A stretch of 57,315 bases of DNA from Methanobacterium sp. (GTDB taxonomy: Archaea > Methanobacteriota > Methanobacteria > Methanobacteriales > Methanobacteriaceae), in the NCBI GenBank assembly GCA_039666535.1, contig JAVSLV010000063.1, positions 1-57,315 of the forward strand, written 5' to 3'. A program made the translations under genes and the position numbers. Shown one piece after another: positions 33,291-44,912 of the stretch (positions within the stretch are counted from its first letter, which is position 1; every line of letters begins with the position of its first letter). Under the pieces are notes generated by a model. The model did no database searches, was not told where the DNA came from, and saw nothing but the letters and a program-made list of their open reading frames with translations.

Positions 33291-33926
33291 TTGTCTGAAA
33301 CAGTAAAATCAAGCATTTTTTTTTCAGAAGTTCTATCTCAAATTTCTAATGGAGATTTTCCAGATTATATAATTTTAGAAGAGCTTTTAGAGATTACGGG
33401 AAATCGTGGCAGGTTTATTTCATGCATGATACTGGTTACACCTTTTTTAATCCCTGTATCTATCCCTGGATCAAGTATTCCATTTGGGATAGCAATAATG
33501 TTTATTGGGATGAACATTATTTTTAACAGATTTTTAATACCTCAAAGAGTCTTAAAATATAAAATACCCCGAAATACTGCCATAAATATATTAAAAGGTA
33601 GTATTACAGTTTTAAAAAAATTTGAAAGGGTATTCAAACCCCGTGCACAGATATTAACTGACAAGCATTCTATGAATGTAATTAACGGTATTTTATTAGT
33701 GTTCAGCGCTTTTTTACTTATGCTCCCCTTACCCATCCCCTTAACAGATAGTCTACCTGCTTATTCCATATTTTTGCTTTCTGCAAGTGTCATTGAAAGC
33801 GATGGTTATTTTATAATGATAAGTTATGTTCTAATTATTATTACGGCTTTATATTTTGGTTTAATGATTTATATAGGATTTGAAGGTGTATTAATTATTT
33901 TATCTTATTTTGGTTTGAATTTGTAG
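33291..33926 (+). CDS. ExoD-family membrane protein
   Basis: P..IP...PG.S..FG, LPLPIPLTDSLPA and ESDG motifs; TM helices. Confidence 0.8.
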   Translation: MSETVKSSIFFSEVLSQISNGDFPDYIILEELLEITGNRGRFISCMILVTPFLIPVSIPGSSIPFGIAIMFIGMNIIFNRFLIPQRVLKYKIPRNTAINILKGSITVLKKFERVFKPRAQILTDKHSMNVINGILLVFSAFLLMLPLPIPLTDSLPAYSIFLLSASVIESDGYFIMISYVLIIITALYFGLMIYIGFEGVLIILSYFGLNL

Positions 33927-34004
33927 TTACCAGCACTCAATAACTTTACAGATCCGGTAAATCGAAAATCTTTTAAGTTAGATAAAAAATAACAATAGTA
34001 TATT

Positions 34005-35435
34005 ATGAGTGAAGAATTAAAATCCCAGAATTATTTTGTTGATGTGGAAATATCTCCGCAATACCAGAATGAAGTTCTAGAATTCATACAAGAGAATTAT
34101 CTTAAAGTGCGTCCTGAATATTTTAAAGAAATTAAAAAATCAGATATTGAAGAGCTTAATCAACTTTCATTTATCTCAAGAGATCCAAAAAAGGATTTTA
34201 GTGTAAAAGTTAGGGTTAAAGCAGGAAATCCTATCGAACTGGTTTTAGTTGATGATAATAATGCACCCGAAAGTTTTTTAGAATCAATTAAAGATGACCT
34301 GTATTTTCTGATCCATTCATTTGAAGAAAATGTGCTGAGTTCTACATTATACTTTTCATGGATTGAAGGAGAGGATATCATTCCTGAAGAGCCCCCAACA
34401 GCCAAGAAAAAGTTAGGAAATGTGCTTTTTGGAAGCAGCTTACTTTTACTCTATGTGCTGTTTTTTGCAGTTAACATTTTTCTTTTCATCTTACTGGGAC
34501 TGTTCCCTGCTGTAATTACAATTCTGGTAGTACAGTTTTTAATTGTAATTTTTGCAGATAAAATCCTTTTAATGAGCAGTGACTGGAGAATAACTCCTGA
34601 AAATCCTTATCTTCACATACTGGAGTATCAACTACCTGCTGAAGAATATATGGAATTTCAGAAGAAGTTTGGTAAAGAAAGTATTTTGAAGATGAAAAAT
34701 GAGATTTATGAGAGGACGCTGGCCCAAAAAAGAAAGCCCACATGTGAAGTTGGTGACGACGTTTTAAAAAATTATGGTTTTCACTGCAATCCTAAAAACA
34801 GTGTTTATAAAGTGATAAATGTCTATGATATTGTAAAAAATGCAGCAGATAGCTTCAATTTGCCTGTACCTCAGATAACAGTATCTAACACCATGATCCC
34901 AAATGCAGCAGCCACTGGACCAACGCCAAAGAGAGGTCTGGTACTTATTACAACAGGATTACTTGTTCATTTAAACGAAGAAGAGGCTTTAAGTGTTGTT
35001 GGGCATGAAATGGGACATCTTCAAGGAAGAGATCCTTTAATACTGTTTGGTTTAATAACTGGAGAATTCCTGTTGCGGTTTACAGTTTTATGGCCAGTAG
35101 TCAGTATTAACCCCTTCCTGTATTTAATCGTTGCATTTGCAGCTATTTTCTTTGTGGCTAAATTCTTTGAAACACGAGCAGACCTTTTATCTGCAATTAA
35201 AATTGGAAAGCCGAAAATACTTGCAGCAGCCCTTAGAAAAATAGCCTTTAGGAGACTTCAACTTGAGAGGATCTCCAGATCAAAAGTCCCTGGCTGGCTA
35301 GCATTTGATCCTCATCCACCTATTTATTTTAGAATAGATCAGCTTGAGAGGATGAAAACACCTGTAAATGTAAAAAATCCGCTTATAGAATCGGCAAGAA
35401 ATGTTTTCAATGCTTTCATTGCTGCATTCAGGTGA
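34005..35435 (+). CDS. M48 (HtpX-like) zinc metalloprotease with N-terminal extension
   Basis: PNAAATG, GHEMGH, ETRAD and HPP motifs. Confidence 0.88.
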   Translation: MSEELKSQNYFVDVEISPQYQNEVLEFIQENYLKVRPEYFKEIKKSDIEELNQLSFISRDPKKDFSVKVRVKAGNPIELVLVDDNNAPESFLESIKDDLYFLIHSFEENVLSSTLYFSWIEGEDIIPEEPPTAKKKLGNVLFGSSLLLLYVLFFAVNIFLFILLGLFPAVITILVVQFLIVIFADKILLMSSDWRITPENPYLHILEYQLPAEEYMEFQKKFGKESILKMKNEIYERTLAQKRKPTCEVGDDVLKNYGFHCNPKNSVYKVINVYDIVKNAADSFNLPVPQITVSNTMIPNAAATGPTPKRGLVLITTGLLVHLNEEEALSVVGHEMGHLQGRDPLILFGLITGEFLLRFTVLWPVVSINPFLYLIVAFAAIFFVAKFFETRADLLSAIKIGKPKILAAALRKIAFRRLQLERISRSKVPGWLAFDPHPPIYFRIDQLERMKTPVNVKNPLIESARNVFNAFIAAFR

Positions 35436-35592
35436 CATAATCTATTTGGATCATTAAAAGAGAGTCAACAGTGCAGAAAAGTTTCTTTTTAAGTTACTAA
35501 GAATGTCTGCAAAAATGTTTATATTAAATAAAATAGATGTTTGAACATGAAGATGCTCCAAATATCTGGGAAAATTCAGAGGTAGTGAATAA

Positions 35593-36198
35593 ATGGTACA
35601 GATAATTAAAACCTCTGTAAAATGCTACAAAAAGAAGGCTAAAAAGACAGTGGGCGGTAAACAAAAGATTTATGAGTATAATCAGTATCTTATACCTCTT
35701 AAAAGAGCTGATAACTTAAAATGTGGGGAAGGGGTACTCATAATACCTGAACAGTATTTTGAAGAATTATTTGAGGTAGAGGACACGTGGTCAGTTAAAG
35801 AATACATCAGTAAACTCAAAGGATATGAAAGGAACATAGGTGAATGCATAAAGGAATTTAGAGACCTTGAGTGGAAACATAACGAACTTTCAAAATCCTA
35901 TAAGGAACTTTTAAGTAAGCACACCAGATACAAAAAAAAATACCGAATTGAAAATGAAAAGATCGATAAATTGGAAGCACTTGCAAAAGAATTGAGTATG
36001 GAAAACAAAGAATTACAGGATAAACTTCGATCAAGAGGATTAGAATTCAAAAAATTAAAGCAAGACTACGAAAGAGAGTCTAATAAAGCAACTATCCTTG
36101 AAAATGAACTTAAATCAGATAATGATAAAGATTTCTGGTCAATACTAAAAAATCGTATTGGTAAAAAGGAAATGGTATTAAAGAAAGATGAATATTAA
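35593..36198 (+). CDS. Hypothetical coiled-coil protein
   Basis: Basic N-terminus (YEYNQY) and a long charged heptad region; RBS present. Confidence 0.7.
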   Translation: MVQIIKTSVKCYKKKAKKTVGGKQKIYEYNQYLIPLKRADNLKCGEGVLIIPEQYFEELFEVEDTWSVKEYISKLKGYERNIGECIKEFRDLEWKHNELSKSYKELLSKHTRYKKKYRIENEKIDKLEALAKELSMENKELQDKLRSRGLEFKKLKQDYERESNKATILENELKSDNDKDFWSILKNRIGKKEMVLKKDEY

Positions 36199-36207
36199 CA
36201 TGATTTC

Positions 36208-38487
36208 ATGATTGAACATTCTGATTTTGAAAATATCGTTGTTAATGAGCTTAATCGGGATATAAGATGTTCTGTAAACAGTGCACAGAATAAAGCTATT
36301 TTTGCACCCCTGTATACATCCCTGTTTATTGCTGCGGGTCCTGGAAGTGGTAAAACCACAGTTATGGTTCTTAAAATTCTAAAATTTGTTTTTATTGATA
36401 ATATTCATCCTTCAAGCATCCTTGCTACAACATTTACAAGAAAAGCTGCTTTAGAACTTAAATCAAGAGTTATAAAGTGGGGAAATAAACTTAAAAATGA
36501 GTTTAGAAACGATCCTAAATATTTTTATTTCAGGGACTATCTAAACTCAATTGATTTTAAAAAGGTAACCATAGGAACAATTGACAGCATTTCAGAAGAG
36601 GTTTTAAGGAAAAATAACCGTTTAGAAAATTCCAGTTATGCAATAATTGAAGATTTCATTGCTAACTCGCCGATGATAAAAACTGGACTTATAGATCAGA
36701 AACTGCAAAATGACAGACAGCTTAAAAGCTTCCTGAACCATATAAGAGGTACAGAATCACGATTAAATCTTTCAACCATGAGTCAGATCTTACTTGAAAT
36801 AAAAGACAGGGGACACCATGATAAAATAGATTTAAAAAAGTTTATAGAAAAATATGAGCATCCAGGTGCGCAAAAAGCATTTAAAGCCATCACCTGTTAT
36901 GGGGATGATTTAAAAAAGAGATCTCTACTTGATTTTTCAATGCTTGAAGAGGAATTTTTAAGAAAACTTCAAAACAGTGAACTGCATAGTTTCCTTAAAC
37001 ACATAAAAATAGTTATGGTAGATGAATATCAGGACACAAACCTTCTTCAAGAATCCATTTACTTTGAAATTGCAGAATCTGCGGTAAAAAATGGTGGAAG
37101 CATGATCGTTGTGGGCGATGACGATCAGTCGCTTTACAGGTTTAGAGGTGCCACAGTTGATCTTTTTAAAGATTTCAACGATAGAATTGGGTTTAGATTG
37201 AATTTGAAGCCACGGTTTATAAATCTTTCACAGAATTACAGGTCTACAGAAAACATTGTGGATTTCTGCAACAGTTACATAGATCTGGATAAAAAATTTC
37301 AAAAAGCACGGGTTAAAGGGAAAGGATCCATTATTTCTGCACGTAAAAAACCCTATGAGAATTTTCCAGTACTTGGAATGTTTAGAAATGATATAAAAAC
37401 CCTTGCAACAGATCTTGCAGATTTCATTCATAAAGTTGTTCAAAAAGAAGGTTCTCCAGGAGATATAGCGTTTTTATGCAGTTCACCACTGGAACAGGAC
37501 TTTAAAGGTAATTCCAGACTTCCATATCTATTAAAAGATGAATTATATAAATTTAATCCTCAAATAGGTGTTTTTAATCCACGGGGCCAGCACTTAGGTC
37601 GAATACCGCTCGTTGAATTGATATGCGGGTTAATTTTAGAATGTATCGATCCAGAATCAGAAGTACAGAAAACACTGAAAATTCCTCGAAATGCAATTTT
37701 AAGGTTTAAAGCATGGCGTGCTAAGGCATTAAATTATATGGATCATCCAGAAAATACAGGAAACATTTTAATGTTCATGGATACATGGAAATATGAATTA
37801 AAGCAGTGCAGGGGGGAAACAGGAATTTCAATGCTTGATATTATCTTTAAAATCATAAAATTGATGCCTGAAATTCATGATAATGACGAACTGGTCTATG
37901 TTGAAGTTATAACCAAAGCCATCACTCAGACAGGCTTATGCAGCGACTTTAGTGCAAATATTATTTTAGGAAATGGATACGTAAACAGAGATTCAGTAGT
38001 TGAAGTTATCTGGAATATATTTGTTCCCATTGCACTTGGAGCTGTGACCATTGATCTGGATATTCTGGAATATATTCCCAAAAACAGAGTGAATATCATG
38101 TCTATACATCAATCTAAAGGCCTTGAATTTCCTATTGTTATTGTTGATGTTGGATCTGATTTTAAAATGAATTTTTCATATCATTCTTTTAGAAGATTCC
38201 CTGGTACTCCTTTAAAGTCCTGCACAATTGAGAATAAAATGAGGGAATTTTCACCCATTGGAAAACCAGCTAGAAGTGGTCTGGACAGGGCATTTGATGA
38301 CCTTATAAGACAGTATTTTGTTGCCTTCAGCAGAGCTCAAAACATTTTACTTCTTGTAGGTCTTGATTCCGTTAAAAATGGATACTACTTTAATGGAGAT
38401 ACTCGATACATCCCTAACATGGCTACAGGGTGGGATAGAGACATGGAATGGCATTGGAAGGGTCTTGAAAACATTATTCATATTTAA
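36208..38487 (+). CDS. UvrD/Rep-family SF1 helicase
   Basis: AGPGSGKT, TFTRKAA, DEYQD, VGDDDQSLYRFRGA, NYRS, SIHQSKGLEF and VAFSRA motifs. Confidence 0.92.
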   Translation: MIEHSDFENIVVNELNRDIRCSVNSAQNKAIFAPLYTSLFIAAGPGSGKTTVMVLKILKFVFIDNIHPSSILATTFTRKAALELKSRVIKWGNKLKNEFRNDPKYFYFRDYLNSIDFKKVTIGTIDSISEEVLRKNNRLENSSYAIIEDFIANSPMIKTGLIDQKLQNDRQLKSFLNHIRGTESRLNLSTMSQILLEIKDRGHHDKIDLKKFIEKYEHPGAQKAFKAITCYGDDLKKRSLLDFSMLEEEFLRKLQNSELHSFLKHIKIVMVDEYQDTNLLQESIYFEIAESAVKNGGSMIVVGDDDQSLYRFRGATVDLFKDFNDRIGFRLNLKPRFINLSQNYRSTENIVDFCNSYIDLDKKFQKARVKGKGSIISARKKPYENFPVLGMFRNDIKTLATDLADFIHKVVQKEGSPGDIAFLCSSPLEQDFKGNSRLPYLLKDELYKFNPQIGVFNPRGQHLGRIPLVELICGLILECIDPESEVQKTLKIPRNAILRFKAWRAKALNYMDHPENTGNILMFMDTWKYELKQCRGETGISMLDIIFKIIKLMPEIHDNDELVYVEVITKAITQTGLCSDFSANIILGNGYVNRDSVVEVIWNIFVPIALGAVTIDLDILEYIPKNRVNIMSIHQSKGLEFPIVIVDVGSDFKMNFSYHSFRRFPGTPLKSCTIENKMREFSPIGKPARSGLDRAFDDLIRQYFVAFSRAQNILLLVGLDSVKNGYYFNGDTRYIPNMATGWDRDMEWHWKGLENIIHI

Positions 38488-38541
38488 GATTAAAATGGAC
38501 TATTGAGGATTTCGATTAACTTGCAAACTGAAAGTCTTCAC

Positions 38542-38970
38542 CTACTTCCATACATAAAGCTTGAAAATGTATTTTCCACAGCTTTTAAAGCCAACAGATA
38601 CGTCATTTGCTTTTTTTATATCTCCTCTAAATGCAATGGTTTTATTAAGCTCACTGACTTCCATCAGGCTGTAATTTGAATTTCCAAGGGTTTTATTCAG
38701 GTAAGAACCTGCTATTTTCCCTGCTTCCTGGATTCCTGCTTCTGAATTATTGTTTAAAGCAAGAATAGATGCTATATTTTGAAGAACATTGGAATTTAAA
38801 CTGTTTTGAGCGGTCATGATTTCCAATGTATCCTGAGCATCCTGAATGTATCGATTCTGGTTTGATGCTGATCCTGAATCACCCACGTTAGCCACTGCAG
38901 CAATAATGATAAAAACAGGTATTAGAGCTAATACCGCATCTAAAGTAAATACTAATCCTTTTTCATCCAT
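38542..38970 (-). CDS. Class III signal peptide (pilin-like) protein
   Basis: MDEKG followed by a hydrophobic helix (LVFTLDAVLALIPVFIII) and a short soluble domain. Confidence 0.65.
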   Translation of the reverse strand: MDEKGLVFTLDAVLALIPVFIIIAAVANVGDSGSASNQNRYIQDAQDTLEIMTAQNSLNSNVLQNIASILALNNNSEAGIQEAGKIAGSYLNKTLGNSNYSLMEVSELNKTIAFRGDIKKANDVSVGFKSCGKYIFKLYVWK

Positions 38971-39341
38971 AAAAAATCGTCCTTTTAAAATTTCTGGCAG
39001 CTATTTGAAGTTCATTATAAGTTACAAAACCATCCAGTGGGTTATGCTGCCCCATTGATGGAACAAGAGGATAACTGAGATCAATGCTTATTTTCCAGAA
39101 AATAATTGGTTTAACGACTTCATGATACTCCTATGATCATAATACTATATAAACATTTGCATATACCATTTAAATAGATTTAAGCAATGATCTGATCCAT
39201 CAAAATTTAAAAGACCAAAAATTTAAATAGATCAAAGAACAAACAAGTCAATGTCGAAATTCTCTAATTATTATCGTGCAAAAGGTTTATATTACTAAGA
39301 GTTTATATAAATCATATATTAATTAATTTAAGTATGATAGT

Positions 39342-40719
39342 ATGAAAATTAGATTCCTTTTTATAGTTGATCCATTCCAAGAGTATGAAATACACCCTCC
39401 TTTGGGTATTGGATATCTCGTTAGTAGTCTAAGAAAACATTTTGGAGAGAGGGCAATTGAGTTTAAGGTCATAGATAATAATGTAGAACAAGAGATAAGG
39501 AGTTTTAAACCAGATATTATTGGAATTAGTTCGATAAGTCAAAACTACAATAAAGCAATTACACATGCAAGAATAGCGAAAAAATATAAACTACCTGTAA
39601 TATGCGGAGGTGTTCATATTTCAATGATGCCTTCTTCATTAACGGATGACATGGATGTAGGGGTTATAGGCGAAGGTGAAGAGACCATATGTGAATTACT
39701 TGAGTTATTTACAAGAAAGCGAAAGTTTGTCCAGGATGATTTAAGCAAAATTAGAGGAATAATTTATTGGAACAGTGAGGGTAGAATTGTGGCTACAGAT
39801 AAACGAGAGTTAATATATCCGCTGGATAAACTTCCGTTTCCTGCACGAGATTTATTTGATATTCAGCCAGACACTTACATGTTTACTAGTAGAGGCTGTC
39901 CATATCGCTGCACCTTCTGTGCCGTATCCTTGTATTGGAATAAAGTTAGATTTTTTTCAGCTGAATATGTAGTGAACGAGGTTGAATATTTAGTTAATAA
40001 ACACAATGTTAAAGATATTAATTTCTACGATGATTTGTTTCCACTTGATACCAAAAGGATAAGTCAGATACTAAACTTGCTTAAAGAAAAAGATCTTTTA
40101 GGAAAGGTGGATTTTTCGTGTTCAATCAGATCCAATATGGTTAATGATAGAATAATTCAATTATTGAAAGAAATGGGAGTTAAATCTATCCGTATAGGAT
40201 TAGAATCCGGCTGCAATAAGACTCTTAAATATCTCAAAGGGAATAATATAAATATTGGAGATAATGAAACTGCTATTAGGGTAATTAAAAAGCACGGAAT
40301 ATTAGTTTATAGTAGTTTCATAATTGGTTCGCCAAAGGAAAGCAAAGAAGATATCTTAGAAACACTAAATTTTATTAAAGCAAGTAAATTAGATACATTT
40401 AGTGTATAATATCTTAACTCCTTTTCCAGGGACACCTGTTTGGGACTATGCAGAATCGAAGGGTTTGGTTGATAAGAAAATGGATTGGGATAGACTAAAT
40501 ATGAATTTTGATAAAAGCTACAATTCAGCTGTAATTCTATCTGAAAAATTAACGAGAAAGGAACTATACGAATTATTTTTACGGTTTAAGCCTCATCAAA
40601 AAAGGAAATACTTTTATACTCTGCTTAAAAAAGGGCTACAAAATCCATTGAAAGTTCCGGGTTTTTTAATCAAAAAACTCGTATATAAAACAAGAGTGTT
40701 TATGTACAAAGGAAAATAG
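39342..40719 (+). pseudogene. B12-binding radical SAM protein split by a +1 frameshift
   Basis: PPLG, GGVH, GEGE, SRGCPYRCTFC and GLES motifs; TAA at 40407-40409, after which ILTPFPGT continues in the next frame. Confidence 0.8.
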
Positions 40720-40748
40720 TTATGATATAAATTCTCTTAAGTGGTAAA

Positions 40749-42110
40749 TTATTTTTCCCTTATAGACTTTACCACTCTGTTTTTTTTCTTTATTGCATTT
40801 AAAGCAGCTTTTTCAACCTTTTCACGCATTAAATCAAAGTCATGTGGGGTTGTATCTCCAACAATCTTTTTAATCTTCGTATAAGCTGCTTCTCTAAAGA
40901 GTGGCTTTAATTCTTCTTCTTTTCCTTCTTTCATAAGCTTAGCTTTTCCACTATCATCAACATAACCAATTTCAGATATAGCCACATTTACACCACTAAC
41001 TACTTTTTCAACCTTATCTGCAACGTCTTCAGGGGCAATTATCATCAGTGAATCTATAGAAACTCCGAGGGGATCAATATCCAGTTTTTCAAGCATTTCA
41101 AGGACCTTTTGATTGATCATTTTCCTTACACTATCATCATAGAATGTTAAACCAAGTCCTGTAGTTTTTGAAATCTCATGGGCATCTCCGCGAAGCCCAC
41201 CATTTGTAACATCAGTCATTGCATGAACTTCCCCGAGTAATCCTGCATTAAATATAGCTTCTGATGCCTTTATGAAGTTTATATCCATTGTTTCATGAAC
41301 CACATCAAACATACCATGATATATGGCTGTTGTGCTTATGGTTCCTCCTCCAGAGCCTTCGGTCATTAAAATAACGTCTCCAACTTCAGCACGCTTCCTT
41401 GCAGTTGGAGGATATTCTGATATTCCTATTGCACCCACAGCACTTACAAGTCTATCTCCTAACACCATGTCACCGCCAACTCGAAGAGTACTTCCTGCAA
41501 CAAGTGGAACATTTACAAGTTCTGAAACTGCACAAATCCCTGCAGTAAAATCAAATAGTTTTCCAACGTCCCCATCATCTGCAAGGTGCAAATCGCTTAT
41601 AACTGCAACTGGATCTGCTCCCATGACACACACGTCTCTAAGTGCAGCTCTTGCAACGTGAAATCCGCCTAAAAATGGATATTCACTTAAACGGGAGTGT
41701 ATCCCATCAACAGCGGTTGTTATGTAAACATCATTGGATCCAACGCTTCTTTTGACTACACCACCATCATCCTGGGCTTCAGGAGTTATAAAAGCGTTAG
41801 TATGAGTGCTTGATACAATATCAGCTATTTTTCGGTGAACAAAGAAATCTCCTTCTCCTCTGGAGCCCACGCCAATTTCACCCATTGCAACATCCGCTCT
41901 TGGATAGTTTATTATCTCTTTTAAAAAATTATCATCATGATTTTCAATGGTTAGAGTATATTTAACCTCTTCAATCACAGCAGAAGCCATTTTAAAAGCT
42001 TGTTCTGGATTTATATCTTTGTATTCAAGTATTTTACGAGTTAAGCTTTTTTTGATGGATTTTTCATCGTTTTGCTTTATTGCCTGCCTTACGTAACCTT
42101 CCATGTCCAC
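40749..42110 (-). CDS. AIR synthase-related (PurM-fold) protein of methanogens
   Basis: GVGSRGEGDF, DDGG, DGIHSRLS and DVTNGG motifs; GTG start assumed (the ORF extends to 42119). Confidence 0.85.
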   Translation of the reverse strand: MDMEGYVRQAIKQNDEKSIKKSLTRKILEYKDINPEQAFKMASAVIEEVKYTLTIENHDDNFLKEIINYPRADVAMGEIGVGSRGEGDFFVHRKIADIVSSTHTNAFITPEAQDDGGVVKRSVGSNDVYITTAVDGIHSRLSEYPFLGGFHVARAALRDVCVMGADPVAVISDLHLADDGDVGKLFDFTAGICAVSELVNVPLVAGSTLRVGGDMVLGDRLVSAVGAIGISEYPPTARKRAEVGDVILMTEGSGGGTISTTAIYHGMFDVVHETMDINFIKASEAIFNAGLLGEVHAMTDVTNGGLRGDAHEISKTTGLGLTFYDDSVRKMINQKVLEMLEKLDIDPLGVSIDSLMIIAPEDVADKVEKVVSGVNVAISEIGYVDDSGKAKLMKEGKEEELKPLFREAAYTKIKKIVGDTTPHDFDLMREKVEKAALNAIKKKNRVVKSIREK

Positions 42111-42121
42111 CTGATACACCT

Positions 42122-42715
42122 TTAAATACCATTTACAAAGTTTTTCAAAATAATTAAACCTTTTTCTCCGCTCTTTTCAGGGTGAAACTGTGTAGCAAAG
42201 ACATTGTCCTTGCATATGGCTGCTGGAATGTCAATTCCATAACTCGTGGTTGCTGCTATGATATTTTCATCTTCAGGCTTTACATAATAAGAATGAACAA
42301 AATACATGTAGTCGTTACCTATTCCTTCAAGTAGACTGCACTTATTTTTAATTTCTAAATTATTCCACCCCATGTGAGGTATTTTTAAACCTCCAGGTAG
42401 GCGTAATACTTCTCCTTTAAGTACATTTAATCCTTTTACTCCTTCACTTTCCTCACTTTTTGTAAATAGAATTTGCTGTCCTAAACATACACCTAAAAAT
42501 GGTTTTCCAGCATCAATATGATCATGGATTAAATCTTTATAGCTTTTAAGCTGTTCCATGGCTGTTCCGAATGCTCCTACTCCAGGTAAGATGAGTGCAT
42601 CAGCTTTTTCCATCCTGTAAATATCATCTGAAATAACAGCTTCTTCACCAATCTTTAAAAAACCGTTTTTGATGCTTTTAAGGTTTCCAGTACCATAATT
42701 GATTATGACTATCAT
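42122..42715 (-). CDS. hisH: Imidazole glycerol phosphate synthase glutaminase subunit
   Basis: PGVGAF, GVCLG, PHMGWN and QFHPEKS motifs. Confidence 0.95.
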   Translation of the reverse strand: MIVIINYGTGNLKSIKNGFLKIGEEAVISDDIYRMEKADALILPGVGAFGTAMEQLKSYKDLIHDHIDAGKPFLGVCLGQQILFTKSEESEGVKGLNVLKGEVLRLPGGLKIPHMGWNNLEIKNKCSLLEGIGNDYMYFVHSYYVKPEDENIIAATTSYGIDIPAAICKDNVFATQFHPEKSGEKGLIILKNFVNGI

Positions 42716-42732
42716 TTCATTTACCTAAAAAA

Positions 42733-43785
42733 TTAAGGTGATTTATCCTGTGCAGCTCTAGCATAATAATCATCTACACGGATGGTATCATCAAGGTGAG
42801 GGGTGGATACTTCGTGTAACACTGCATTTTCTATTGCAACTATGGAGTGGAGTTCTCCAGGCTCTATTCTAACTGTATCGTTTTTGCTGAAATATTTTTT
42901 ATGATCTTCAAATTCTATGTAACCAGTGCCGCTTAATATGTACATGGTTTCATCCTTTTCAGCATGGTAATGGAACGAGGTCTGATATCCTTCTCTTATA
43001 AACAATTCCTTTGTAAGGTACTTTTCTGTGTAAATTAACACTTTTTCATATCCCCACGGCTTATCTTCCCTATTTTTATATTCCTTTCTAATTTCTTCAA
43101 GTTCTTTTGAGGTGTCTATTGCCATCCAGAATGGACCATTCTCTTTATAATAACCAAGCTGATTTTCCTTGGCCATCACTGGAAACACTGTTTTTTCAAT
43201 ATCTCCCACTTCAAAATCCCCAAAATTAATTTCGCCGTTTGAAAAATAAACTCCTCCATTTATGTAATAATCAAGGAGAGGCTTTTCCTTAAATGAAACA
43301 ATTTTATCCCCGCTTAATTCAACTATACCATATGGTGAAATCATTTTTGTGATGAACATGGAAAGAGGATAATCTGATTTTTCACCTTGATAAATCATCT
43401 TTTTTATGTTTAAATCAGCTACAACATCACCGTTTCTTATTACACACTGTTCGCCTTTTTTAAGATGCTCCATACCTAATTTTATGGCATTTAATGTTCC
43501 AAGGGGTTCATCTTCTATTATGTATTCAATTTTCATTCCATTGTAACTGTTCCCATATCGTTCCTGGATTTTTTCGCTTAAAAATCCAGTTAAAAGAAGC
43601 ACGCGTTCTACTCCTGCATTTTTAAAATCAAAAATTTGCTTATCAAGGATAGTATAATTGTTCTGACCTTTTAAAATTGAGTAATTATCTTTAATTTCAA
43701 TTAAAGGCTTGGGAATTCGTTCTGTAAGTGGTCTTAATCTTTTTCCAAAGCCGCCGCAAAGTATCATGCCTGTGGTACTGTTCAT
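42733..43785 (-). CDS. Sugar-phosphate nucleotidyltransferase with C-terminal cupin domain
   Basis: [15 protein letters not shown] and NGD motifs; cupin KPWG...HYH..KDE...H. Confidence 0.88.
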   Translation of the reverse strand: MNSTTGMILCGGFGKRLRPLTERIPKPLIEIKDNYSILKGQNNYTILDKQIFDFKNAGVERVLLLTGFLSEKIQERYGNSYNGMKIEYIIEDEPLGTLNAIKLGMEHLKKGEQCVIRNGDVVADLNIKKMIYQGEKSDYPLSMFITKMISPYGIVELSGDKIVSFKEKPLLDYYINGGVYFSNGEINFGDFEVGDIEKTVFPVMAKENQLGYYKENGPFWMAIDTSKELEEIRKEYKNREDKPWGYEKVLIYTEKYLTKELFIREGYQTSFHYHAEKDETMYILSGTGYIEFEDHKKYFSKNDTVRIEPGELHSIVAIENAVLHEVSTPHLDDTIRVDDYYARAAQDKSP

Positions 43786-43829
43786 TTTATCACCAATTTA
43801 TTTACTGTTATTTTTATTTTCATAGGATA

Positions 43830-44912
43830 TTAATCTATTTTTTTATTCAGGACTTTTTTTACTGCATCACCAAAATCTGAACCCACAATTTCGCACACAC
43901 CTAAAGTTTTAGCATGTGCATCAAGTTCTGTGACAACATAGGTGTAACCTAACTCTTTTAAGGGCTTAACAAGTCTTGGACCGTCTGTTATTGCTAAAGT
44001 CTCTGTGTTCAGTGTTTCTATGGGTAGTGCATGAGGCACTCCTGCAACAACAAGAAAATCTACCTCAATATCCTTTAAAGCTTCAACAGCTTTTTTTCCA
44101 GTTACTGGATATTCATCAAGCCCACCTGTGATAACATCAATTTCAATGCCATTATTTTTGAGCTCTTTTTTGATATTTGCTGCGTGCTGTCTTATTCTTG
44201 GAAGTCCAGTGTTTTCATCAAGGTTTGCAATTATAAATGGCATATTATCAGGGTTTATTTTGTTAAATTGAATTTTCAATATGTCTGAAAATAAATATGA
44301 GGTTTCTTTTTTCGCATTTAACACCATCACAGTCTTTTCGCCATTTTTTAATTTTTCAACAAGTATCGAAGCTATTTCATCCTTATCATCACCATACGAT
44401 GGGGCTATGTAACCTCCTTTGGCCATTCCTCTGGTTTTTTCTATTTCTGTAGCTAATCTAAGCATTTTTGACTGTCTTTCACTTTCTTCTTTTGAGATTA
44501 TCCCTTCATTGCTTGCAGCTTCTAAAACTGCTATTGCGCCTTCAGTGTTGTCACCTTCACTTAAGCCTCCGTGAGATTCAATAATAAGTACTTTAGCATT
44601 TATACCTGCGTTTGAAACAGCCTCTTTAAGGTCTTCCCCTATTATCATACTGGCGCAGGTTCCAACAATTCCAACAAGCTTGGGAGAGAACATGGAATCC
44701 ACTTCTTTCAGTGTTTCTTCAAGTTTGGCTGATGCCCCAAAGATAAAATCATTTTCAGACATTGCAGTGGTCACAACTCTTACACCGTCGTTTTCAAGGA
44801 GTCTTCCTGTTCTAAAACAGCAACCATGGGGCCCGTGTAGTATGATAACGTCAGTATCCATGTCTCTTAAGGTATATAATGATGCAGCAATTGGACTTGG
44901 TCTTGGATGCAA
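43830..44912 (-). CDS. cfbD: Ni-sirohydrochlorin a,c-diamide reductive cyclase catalytic subunit (F430 biosynthesis)
   Basis: [28 protein letters not shown] and GGLDEY motifs; TTG start. Confidence 0.93.
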   Translation of the reverse strand: MHPRPSPIAASLYTLRDMDTDVIILHGPHGCCFRTGRLLENDGVRVVTTAMSENDFIFGASAKLEETLKEVDSMFSPKLVGIVGTCASMIIGEDLKEAVSNAGINAKVLIIESHGGLSEGDNTEGAIAVLEAASNEGIISKEESERQSKMLRLATEIEKTRGMAKGGYIAPSYGDDKDEIASILVEKLKNGEKTVMVLNAKKETSYLFSDILKIQFNKINPDNMPFIIANLDENTGLPRIRQHAANIKKELKNNGIEIDVITGGLDEYPVTGKKAVEALKDIEVDFLVVAGVPHALPIETLNTETLAITDGPRLVKPLKELGYTYVVTELDAHAKTLGVCEIVGSDFGDAVKKVLNKKID

